Positions 1 to 11,800 of a DNA stretch of 64,000 bases are shown piece after piece. Each line of letters opens with the position of its first letter. Within the stretch, counting starts at the first letter, position 1. The stretch covers positions 10,292,001 to 10,356,000 of the forward strand of contig OZ024766.1 in NCBI GenBank assembly GCA_964016885.1, in the 5' to 3' direction. The notes under the pieces are model-generated. The model was not told where the DNA came from, ran no database searches, and saw only the letters and a list, made by a program, of their open reading frames with translations. The translations under genes were made by a program, and so were the position numbers. The DNA is from Eledone cirrhosa. Lineage: Eukaryota.

Positions 1-147
1 TCCAATATATAAATATATATATATATATCTATATATCTATATATCTATATATATATGTATATCTATCTATATATATATATATATGTATATCTATCTATAT
101 ATATATATGAATATCTATCTATATATATATATATGTATATATATATG

Positions 148-183
<36 letters not shown>

Positions 184-232
184 AATATATATATATATAA
201 AGGTTTTATATATATATGTATATATATAAAGG

Positions 233-274
<42 letters not shown>

Positions 275-600
275 GTTATATATATATATATGTATATATA
301 TATAGGTTATATATATATATAAAGGTTATATATATATGTATATATATATAGGTTATATATATATATGTATATATATATAGGTTATATATATATATGTATA
401 TATATATGTATATATATAAAGGTTATATATATATATGTATATATATATAGGTTATATATATATAAAGGTTATATATATATGTATATATATATAGGTTATA
501 TATATATATGTATATATATAAAGGTTATATATATATATGTATATATATATAGGTTATATATATATAAAGGTTTTATATATATAGGTTATATATATAAAGG

Positions 601-654
<54 letters not shown>

Positions 655-967
655 AGTGTATATATGGTTCAGTGAATCACCAGATGGTGGTACAATATAA
701 GTCACAGATCACAGAAGGATCCAAATACAAGTGTTTACTACTTGTAGATGACTGGAACTTGGACTCATTGACCTTGACAAACTTTCTTAAGTGATACACA
801 TGTAAGTGTAATGTCATTGTTTGACATCTAATGTCACCATAGACCTTTCTATTGCTCTCTCTCTCTCTCTCTCTTCCTATTCCCCACTCTACTACCCAAA
901 GTAATGAGTCCTATGGTGCTTTATGACTCACTAGTATTTTACCACACCCTATCTGATATAAGTTATA

Positions 968-1003
<36 letters not shown>

Positions 1004-1043
1004 TGTATATATATATATATGTATGTGTATGTATGTGTGTATG

Positions 1044-1078
<35 letters not shown>

Positions 1079-1727
1079 ATTTATTTATTATTATTATTAT
1101 TATTTTATTTTATTTTATTTTACTATTATTTTATTTTTTATTTTATTTTTATTTTATTTTTTTTTTCTTCTCGTGCAATGGCCATACTCGATAACGAGGG
1201 GGCAGCCATCATGTATGTATGTATGTATGTATGTATGTATGTATGTATGTATGTAGTGTTTGTACCAGAGTTTTCAAGTCGCTGGCTGGACTACAAAGTC
1301 ACACTCGTTCAGCGCATTGGTAGGGGTTCTCCTACATGGATATAAAGTAGTGGCTGTACTCAAAAACGAGTTGGCAGCCACCCTGTATGTATGTATGTAT
1401 GTATGTATGATGTTGACTTGTTCTTCTTTTTGGTAAATATCATCTTGGTTAAGAGAGTGGGACTGGCTTTGTGCAGTGCCTTTGCTCACTATAAAAGCTT
1501 CACGGCACAGCCATTGCTTTATATCTGGAGATCTCTCTGCACTTGTCGTCACATGGTACCATGGGCCCAGCACTATGTGTCAATAATTGTCACAAGTGTA
1601 GTGTTTGTACCAGAGTTCTCAAGTCGCTGGCTGGACTAAAAGGTCACATTCGTTCAGCGCATCGGTAGGGGTTCTCCTACATGGATATAAAGTAGTGGCC
1701 GTACTCGAAAACGAGTTGGCAGCCACC

Positions 1728-1763
<36 letters not shown>

Positions 1764-1771
1764 ATATATAC

Positions 1772-1805
<34 letters not shown>

Positions 1806-2282
1806 GTGTGTGTATATATATACATATATATGTATGTATGTATGTATATATATATGTATGTGTGTGTATATATACATATATACGTCCAAACCCATGCAAG
1901 ACGTTAAACGATGATGATGATATATCTATGTATGTATGTATGTGTGTGTGTATATATACATATATATGTATGTGTGTATGTATGTATATATATATATGTA
2001 TGTGTGTGTGTATATATACATATATATGTGTGTATGTATGTATATATATATATGTATGTGTGTGTGTATATATACATATGTATGTATGTATATATATGTA
2101 TGTGTGTGTGTATATATACATATATATATGTATGTATGTATGTATATATATGTTTGTGTGTGTGTATATATACATATATATATGTATGTATGTATGTATA
2201 TATATGTATGTGTGTATATATACATATATATGTATGTATGTATATATATATATGTATGTGTGTGTATATATACATATATATG

Positions 2283-2313
<31 letters not shown>

Positions 2314-2550
2314 ATATATACATATGTATGTATGTATGTATATATATATGTATGTGTGTGTGTATATATACATATATATATATATATAGGAACGAGTAGG
2401 ACCCCGACGGCTGAGCTCAAGCCGTTTCGACGGCTTGAGCTCAGCCGTCGGGGTCCTACTCGTTCCTATTACCCACTCTACTACCCTAAGTATTGAGTAC
2501 TTTGGTGCGTTATGGTCCATCTGGTTCCTTACCACATTTCCTTCGTTATA

Positions 2551-2599
<49 letters not shown>

Positions 2600-2824
2600 G
2601 TATGTGTAAACGTTTATACCTCATTACACAATGCTTCAAGTGAACTATAACTTCCTCCATATATATATATATATATACGACCGACCAGGTTCAGTATGAA
2701 TCTCTGTGACATCATCAGGTATTCGAAATATAACAAAGGAATATGATAGACATTGGGCTGGTAGCTGCTAAATGGTTTTCAGCTCCATGGATTTTGTCTA
2801 TTATATTCCTTTGTTGTATTTCGA

Positions 2825-2882
2825 ATGACTGATGATGTCACCAGATTCATACTGAACCAGCTCATTGAAATGATCATAGTAT
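2825..2882 (+). ncRNA. Degenerate type I hammerhead ribozyme motif
   Basis: CTGATGA...GAAA TGATCA TA; stem I is imperfect here, but the mirror copy near 2700-2720 reads gaatac-CTGATGA, which would pair with the downstream gtat. Confidence 0.45.
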
Positions 2883-2905
2883 AATAAACCCTTATATTTA
2901 TATAT

Positions 2906-2978
<73 letters not shown>

Positions 2979-3711
2979 GGAACGAGTAGGACCCCGACGG
3001 CTGAGCTCAAGCCGTTTCGACGGCTAATTCTGGACTAAATGAAAATTTTTATCCTCTTATATGAATAGCCGAGCTTCTCAGGGGGTAATTCCATATATGG
3101 TAAAAGTGATTGTCACAAGGATTGGTCAAAAGTTTGTTGTTGAGACACATAATTCTATCATGGCAATTTGTGGAAGGAAGGGGTAGCTGAACCTGCCAGT
3201 AGAAGAAAGAGGAAGAGGGGGTGGAGGAAACCCAGTCGTGCGTTGATAGTGTCAACTACAGCAGGGCAGGAGGTCAAGGAAGTATACTAGGGAGGGGGAG
3301 GAAGTCGAAACAATAAGTAAAACAATATGGGGTAAATATATAGATAAATACCGAGAATGTTAAAAGAAAAAACAATTAAATACTTATTGTTTCAACTTCC
3401 TCCCCCTCCCCCTCCCTAGTATACTTCCTTGACCTCTTGCCCTGCTGTAGTTGGCACTATCAACACACGACTGGGTTTCCTCCACCCCCTCTTCCTCTTT
3501 CTTCTACTGGCAGGTTCAGCTACCCCTTCCTTCCACAAATTGCCATGACAGAATTATGTGTCTCAACAACAAACTTTTGACCAATCCTTGTGACAATCAC
3601 TTCCACTTCCTCAGTGAAACAACAACCCAACCAGGAACTGGGCATATCAGAGTATTGACAAAATTATACACCTCAACAACATATGTACTTGTCTATACCA
3701 CACTAATTCGG

Positions 3712-3766
3712 ACTGCCTGAAGAGGTCACAGCCAAAGATGGCTGTCACTGAAATATATATAGCAGT
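3712..3766 (+). ncRNA. Type I hammerhead ribozyme (Penelope-type, short palindromic stem III)
   Basis: actgc CTGAAGA ggtcacagcc-aaagat-ggctgtcact GAAA tatata TA gcagt: stem I, core, stem II and cleavage triplet AUA all present. Confidence 0.85.
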
Positions 3767-3812
3767 AATAAACGAAGCTAAATTTTAAACATTTGACTTA
3801 TTTATTTTACTT

Positions 3813-3849
<37 letters not shown>

Positions 3850-4302
3850 GATAAATCTACCAAGAATTTACGGTAGTGTCCAATCCGTATGAAGAACTCA
3901 ATGTATTCCGGATATCATGGAAAGAAGAGATGTAATGAAAAATCACTTTCGGTGAAAGATAAACGGTATACAGAGTCAAGATAAAATATTAAACAAATAA
4001 TGAATAAACAATTCCTTATATTAAACAAAAAAAAAGTTCATTATTTAACGATCGTTTCTAGGATATATATGTGTTAGAATTGGCATGCATATTCAACAGA
4101 TCTATGTACAAAATTATACAAAATTATACAAATTATCAAGATTAAATATAATATATATATTTTGTATAATTTTGTATAATTTTGTACATAGATCTGTTGA
4201 ATATGCATGCCAATTCTAACACATATATATCCTAGAAACGATCGTTAAATAATGAACTTTTTTTTGTTTAATATAAGGAATTGTTTATTCATTATTTGTT
4301 TA

Positions 4303-4341
<39 letters not shown>

Positions 4342-4483
4342 AGATACTATTTATAGCTATGTATATTTTAAACTATAAACAACTATAAACAGGGAAGGTC
4401 AATAATTTATTACCAGTATATATATATATATATATATATAATGTATACACAAAACGTGTTGAAACAGATATTGTTATCTCTTG

Positions 4484-4525
<42 letters not shown>

Positions 4526-4563
4526 CATTCATATATATGCATGCGAGTGTGTGTGCGTGTATG

Positions 4564-4615
<52 letters not shown>

Positions 4616-4653
4616 CATTCATATATATGCATGCGAGTGTGTGTGCGTGTATG

Positions 4654-4705
<52 letters not shown>

Positions 4706-5254
4706 CATACATACATTTGTGGTAATGGATGTCACCAGACTGTGATATATATACATAAGTGTCTGTATCTGTTTAGGAATTGTGTTTATATATACACACA
4801 CACATATATATATAAATATATATATGTATGTATGTATATGTGTGTGTGTATATATATATACACACACAAAGAAACAAAAACATGTATGTAGATAATTTTA
4901 ACCAATTGTAATTACAACCAGGCAATAAAGATTTTAATTTTTGTTTGTTGTTGCTGTTGTTTGTCACAAATACACACTCTCCCTCTCTCTGTGTTTTTCT
5001 CTCAATTACAATATAAAAATCCTTGATTTGACATCTGTTATTTACTTTTACTCTTTTACCTGCTCCAGCCATCCGGCTGAGGCCATGCTTGGGCACCACC
5101 CATGTTGCAACATGTTCTATCTCCAGCCTGTGTTGGCTGGCCATTGGTGTAAGAGGGAGTTCGTTGCTGCTGCTCTTAGGTTACCTTCGTTCGGGATTTG
5201 GGGCTCATCCGGGACCCTGGATAGCAGAGTGTCGAGATGTTTCTTGAAAACATC

Positions 5255-6400
5255 CACACTGAGTTCAAATCCCGCCGAGGTTAACTTTGCCTTTCATCCA
5301 TACGGGGTCGATGAAATAAAGTACCAGTAATACACTGGGTAATTGCTGGCTTTGACGCATAGAGTTACAGCCCTTTCCATTCTGAGTTCAAATCCCGCCG
5401 AGGTTAACTTTGCCTTTCATCCTTACAGGGTCGATAAAATAAAGTACCAGTAATACACTGGGGTAATTGCTGGCCTTGTGACAAAAGTGAAACTATTATT
5501 ATTATATACAAATAGATGTTATGGAGTAGGTAGACCCAGAAAAACATGGGACGACATGATAAATTCCGATCTTACACACTTGCACCTCTCTAAGACAATG
5601 TCACTGGACCGAGATCTCTGGTGCCTTGCAGTATCCACACTGTAATGTGGTCGTGTAGGTGTCACGGCAAAAAAACACACAGTCCACGCTGTAATGTAGT
5701 CATGTAGGTAACACAGTAAAAAGTTCCCAGTCCACACTGTAATGTGGTCGTGTAGGTGTCACGACAAAAAAACACCCAGTCCACACTGTAATGTGGTCAT
5801 GTAGGTAACAGTAAAAACCTCCCAGTCCACACTGTAAACGTGGTTGGTGTTAGGAAGGGCATCCAGCCGTAGAAAACATGCCAGATAGTCCTATACGAGC
5901 GAGACACGGTCACCCGACCAACTTGCCTCAAGTGAGACAAAAATTCCCGTCTAACCCATGCTAGCGTGGTAGACGTTAAACGTTGATGATGATGAGATAA
6001 TAATAATAATTGTTTCTACTTTTGGCACAAGGCCAGCAATTGCACAGTGTATTACTGGTACTTTATTTTATCGACCCCGTAAGGATGAAAGGCAAAGTTA
6101 ACCTCGGCGGGATTTGAACTCAGAATGGCTAGAGATAATAATAATAATTGTTTCTACGTTTGGCACAAGGCCAGCAAAACCCAGTGCATTACTGGTACTT
6201 TATTTTATCGACCCTGTAAGGATGAAAGGCAAAGTCAACCTCGGCGGGATTTGAACTCAGATAAGAGATAATAATAATTGTTTCTACTTTTGGCACAAGG
6301 CCAGCAAATACCCAGTACATTACTGGTACTTTATTTTATCCACCCCGTAAGGATGAAAGGCAAAGTCAACCTCGGCGGGATAAGAGATAATAATAATAAT
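5255..6400. mobile_element. Cluster of a second SINE family: 2 tandem + copies (5255-5505) and 3 tandem - copies (5995-6400)
   Basis: B box gagttcaaatcc, conserved body gcctttcatcc..ggggtcgataaaataaagtaccag, tail ggccttgtgccaaaagtagaaac(aat)n. Confidence 0.8.
5518..5995 (+). mobile_element. RTE family A extreme 3' fragment and UTR
   Basis: YGVGRPRKTWDDMINSDLTHLHLSKTMSLDRDLW followed by the UTR seen at 34120-34500 and a (GAT)n tail. Confidence 0.85.
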
Positions 6401-6959
6401 TAGTGCTCAGGAGTACTACAACTAGATGTGTGTTTTGGTAATTTTGGGGGCGAAATATAATTATTGGGGTTGGGGTGCATGTCCCACTCACCCACCCCTT
6501 CCGTGCCCCAGCTCCAGTTCAACGATCACTGTCACATCACCCCGATAACACTGTATAGGCAGGTGGAAAAGAAACTAAGAATTCTTGAAGTCTCCGCTGC
6601 TAGTAGTTTGACGACAATTATTACCGGGGAACCAGATTTGATCTTACACCGAGCTACTGTAACCATAACGCATGCGTTTCATTCTTACACACATGCAACT
6701 TAGAGGAGAGGTATAGTAAGAGGTATATAGGAATTTAAGACAAAGTAGGAGGGAGAAGCTAGAGAGAGGAACAACTTAAAAGGAGGGGCAGTAAAAGAGA
6801 CGGACACATACATACATGTCGACGGATATAGTAAGACTAAAGGAGAGGTATATAGGAATTTAGTGACGAAGTAGGAGGGAAAAGCTAGAGAGAGTAATAT
6901 TTTAAAGCGAGGGGTAATAAGAGAGACACAGGAAGAAAAGACCATAGGGATAGCAAGAG

Positions 6960-7320
6960 GTATGTACTAATTTAATGAGGAAGGGGAGTGAGAAGCTAGA
7001 GAGAGTAATATTTTAAAGCAAGGGGTAATAAAAGAGAGAGACAGTAAGACCAGAGGAGAGGAATAGTAAGAGGTATATACTAATTTAATGAGGAAGGAGG
7101 AGTGAGAAGCTAGAGAGAGTAATATTTTAAAGCAAGGGGTAATAAAAGAGAGACAGTAAGACCAGAGGAGAGGAATAGTAAGAGGTATATACTAATTTAA
7201 TACGGAAGGAGGAGTGAGAAGCTAGAGAGAGTAATATTTTAAAGCAAGGGGTAATAAAAGAGAAACAGTAAGACCAGAGGAGAGGAATAGTAAGAGGTAT
7301 ATACTAATTTCATGAGGAAG
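6960..7320. repeat. About 112-bp purine-rich tandem repeat, about 3 copies
   Basis: taatttaatgaggaagg recurs at about 6968, 7081, 7193 and 7305. Confidence 0.85.
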
Positions 7321-7748
7321 TTGGAGGAAGGGGTTAAAGAGAGTAGACTGTAAAGAGAGAGATGTAGAATTAGTTAAGGAGAGACAGAAACCGGTGTAAC
7401 AGGAAATTACAAAAACAATCTATACACGTGTTTGTAGGAAGATAATTACATATATACATACACCTAATTATATCGATATACATGTATATACACATGTATA
7501 TATCCTCATGTGCTTGAAGACTGAGAGAAAAGAGTACTCAATACCGAAGTAGAAGTTTAATATTTTAGATATTTGTCGAGTGCTTTATATCAGTTATAAA
7601 AATATTTATTTGTTGTATCCCAACAATTTTAAATAGAACTTTTGCATATAATATATATATATATACTTAAACCGTTATATATATATATATATATACATAC
7701 ATACGTAAATCCTTATACACACACATATATATATATATACACAAACCG

Positions 7749-7789
<41 letters not shown>

Positions 7790-8014
7790 CACACACATAC
7801 ATACGTAAACCGTTATACACACACATATATATATATATACACACATACATACGTAAACCGTTATACACACACATATATATATATATATATACACACATAC
7901 ATACGTAAACCGTTATACACATATATATATATATACACACATACATACGTAAACCGTTATACACGCACATATATATATATATATATATACACACATACAT
8001 ACGTAAACCGTTAT

Positions 8015-8049
<35 letters not shown>

Positions 8050-8074
8050 CATACATACATACGTAAATCGTTAT

Positions 8075-8113
<39 letters not shown>

Positions 8114-8161
8114 ACATGCACGTTTAAACTTAATTGAAACAACTTTGTTTTATCTATAGCC

Positions 8162-8201
<40 letters not shown>

Positions 8202-8648
8202 CCACCATACCAAGATAGACTTCGATGATATATTAACTTCTCGCTTCACTGAGCGCTTTGTGATTGCCGCAAACGATTCGATTAGCACCTGCTACATTGC
8301 GCCTATACTTGTTATATTTGTGGAGGGTCCTTTTATTGTAATAATTGTTTGTACTTTTGGCACAAGGCCAGCAATATTGATGTAATAATATTGCCAGAAA
8401 TAATGTGTTGGTGTTATATGCTCTAGAGCTTTTTGTTGAGAAACTTAATCGATATATATATAGTATATATATTGATTTAACACACACATATATATATATA
8501 TATATATAAAATATCATACATACATACATATATAGGAAAATAATCAGGACCCCGACGGCTGAGCTCCAGCTATTTCGTCAGCTAGATCCGATATATATAT
8601 ATATATAATAATCTATTAGTAATAATAATAAAATTGATAATAATAATC

Positions 8649-8696
<48 letters not shown>

Positions 8697-8699
8697 ATC

Positions 8700-8742
<43 letters not shown>

Positions 8743-8789
8743 CACGTATTGACATTGTGTGTGAGGCATATAGCCTGAAATATCTAAAT

Positions 8790-8895
8790 ATGTCTACGTC
8801 TTCCTTGGAGTCGATGTCTCAAAGTACACATGTGGAGAAATTAAACATATCTGTTGACTGTAAACAGGGGGCTGTGAGGAATGTCAGATTTAACT
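8790..8895 (+). CDS. WDR83: WDR83 coding exon 1
   Basis: ATG at 8790 (alternative in-frame ATG at 8814); MSTSSLESMSQSTHVEKLNISVDCKQGAVRNVRFN; donor T|GTAAGT at 8896, phase 1. Confidence 0.88.
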
Positions 8896-11800
8896 GTAAG
8901 TTGTTGTTATTATTATTATTGGTAAAATACACCCAGTACACTCTGTAAAGTGGCAGTGTTGGTGTCATGATAAAATACACCCAGTACACTCTGTAAAGTG
9001 GCAGTGTTGGTGTCATGATAAAATACACCCAGTACACTCTGTAAAATGGTAGTGATGGTGTCATAATAAAATACACCCAGTACACTCTGTAAAGTAGTAG
9101 TGTTGGTGTCATGATAAAATACACCCAGTACACTCTGTAAAATGGTAGTGTTGGTGTCATGATAAAATACACCCAGTACACTCTGTAAAATGGTAGTGTT
9201 GGTGTCATGATAAAATACACCCAGTACACTCTGTAAAGTGGTAGTGTTGGTGTCATGATAAAATACACCCAGTACACTCTGTAAAATGTTAGTGTTGGTG
9301 TCATGATAAAATACACCCAGTACACTCTGTAAAGTGGTAGTGCTGGTGTCATGATAAAATACACCCTGTACACTCTGTAAAGTGGTAGTGTTGGTGTCAT
9401 GATAAAATACACCCAGTACACTCTGTAAAGTGGTAGTGTTGGTGTCATGATAAAATACACCCAGTACACTCTGTAAAGTGGTAGTGTTGGTGTCATGATA
9501 AAATACACCCAGTACACTCTGTAAAGTGGTAGTGTTGGTGTCATGATAAAATACACCCAGTACACTCTGTAAAGTGGTAGTGATGGTGTCATGATATAAT
9601 ACACCCAGTACACTCTGTAAAGTGGTAGTGTTGGTGTCATGATAAAATACACCCAGTACACTCTGTAAAGTGGTAGTGTTGGTGTCATGATAAAATACAC
9701 CCAGTACACTCTGTAAAGTGGTAGTGTTGGTGTCATGATAAAATACACCCAGTACACTCTGTAAAGTGGTAGTGTTGGTGTCATGATAAAATACACCCAG
9801 TACACTCTGTAAAGTGGTAGTGATGGTGTCATGATAAAATACACCCAGTACACTCTGTAAAGTGGTAGTGATGGTGTCATGATAAAATACACCCAGTACA
9901 CTCTGTAAAGTGGTAGTGTTGGTGTCATGATAAAATACACCCAGTACACTCTGTAAAGTGGTAGTGTTGGTGTCATGATAAAATACACCCAGTACACTCT
10001 GTAAAGTGGTAGTGATGGTGTCATGATAAAATACACCCAGTACACTCTGTAAAGTGGTAGTGCTGGTGTCATGATAAAATACACCCAGTACACTCTGTAA
10101 AATGTTAGTGTTGGTGTCATGATAAAATACACCCTGTACACTGTAAAGTGGTAGTGATGGTGTCATGATAAAATACACCCAGTACACTCTGTAAAATGGT
10201 AGTGTTGGTGTCATGATAAAATACACCCTGTACACTGTAAAGTGGTAGTGTTGGTGTCATGATAAAATACACCCAGTACACTCTGTAAAGTGGTAGTGTT
10301 GGTGTCATGATATAATACACCCAGTACACTCTGTAAAATGGTAGTGTTGGTGTCATGATAAAATACACCCAGTACACTCTGTAAAGTGGTAGTGTTGGTG
10401 TCATGATAAAATACACCCAGTACACTCTGTAAAGTGGTAGTGTTGGTGTCATGATAAAATACACCCAGTACACTCTGTAAAGTGGTAGTGTTGGTGTCAT
10501 GATAAAATACACCCAGTACACTCTGTAAAGTGGTAGTGATGGTGTCATGATAAAATACACCCAGTACACTCTGTAAAGTGGTAGTGATGGTGTCATGATA
10601 AAATACACCCAGTACACTCTGTAAAGTGGTAGTGTTGGTGTCATGATATAATACACCCAGTACACTCTGTAAAGTGGTAGTGTTGGTGTCATGATAAAAT
10701 ACACCCAGTACACTCTGTAAAGTGGTAGTGTTGGTGTCATGATAAAATACACCCAGTACACTCTGTAAAGTGGTAGTGATGGTGTCATGATAAAATACAC
10801 CCAGTACACTCTGTAAAGTGGTAGTGATGGTGTCATGATATAATACACCCAGTACACTCTGTAATGTGGTAGTGTTGGTGTCATGATAAAATACACCCAG
10901 TACACTCTGTAAAGTGGTAGTGTTGGTGTCATGATAAAATACACCCAGTACACTCTGTAAAGTGGTAGTGTTGGTGTCCTGATAAAATACATGGTTGTAA
11001 TGGTGGTGTTGGTACTGTGGTGGTGGTGTGATGTAGTGGGTGTGTGGGTAGTGGTGTGGTAGTGGTAGTGCAGTGATGGTTGTGGTGTTGGTGTGATATT
11101 ACTGTTGGTGGTGTGGTGTTGGTGTAGTAGTGGTGTTGTGTTGTGGTGGTGGTGTAATGTTGGAGATGTGGTGTTCATCATCATCATTTTACGTCTGCTT
11201 TTCCCTGCTTGCAAGGGTGGGACGGGTCTTATTCAGCACAGCATCTCTCCACTTGTCACGGTCCCTCGTCATCTCCACCGTGAGCTTCAATGATCTGAGG
11301 TCTGTTCTCACCACCTCCGCCCATGTTTTTCGTGGTCTACCTCTACCACGTCTTCCTTCAACTGGCATTTCCTGGCACTTCTTCACCCATCGGTCATCCT
11401 CCATGCGCATCACATGTCCATACCACCTCAGTCTCCTCTCCCGTACACTACATTCTATCCCTCTCAGACACAGTTTCTCTCTCAACACATCACATGTCCA
11501 TACCACCTCAGTCTCCTCTCTCGTACACTACATTCTATCCCTCTCAGACACAGTTTCTCTCTCAACACATCACATGTCCATACCACCTCAGTCTCCTCTC
11601 TCGTACACTACATTCTATCCCTCTCAGACACAGTTTCTCTCTCAACACATCACATGTCCATACCACCTCAGTCTCCTCTCCCGTACACTACATTCTATCC
11701 CTCTCAGACACAGTTTCTCTCTCAACACATTTATGCTGGGTCGTTCACGCACATTGACACTGCACATCCAACGGAGCATGCTTGCCTCATTTCTCTCCAG

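Noticed and set aside
8233-8529. Divergent gene such as WDR83OS/Asterix head-to-head with WDR83
   Set aside because: No recognisable homology; the ORF includes SINE tail and microsatellite sequence.
8922-10990. CRISPR-like regular repeats (also 19118-20565 and 25795-26820)
   Set aside because: Units are contiguous with no unique spacers, there are no cas genes, and the context is a eukaryotic intron.
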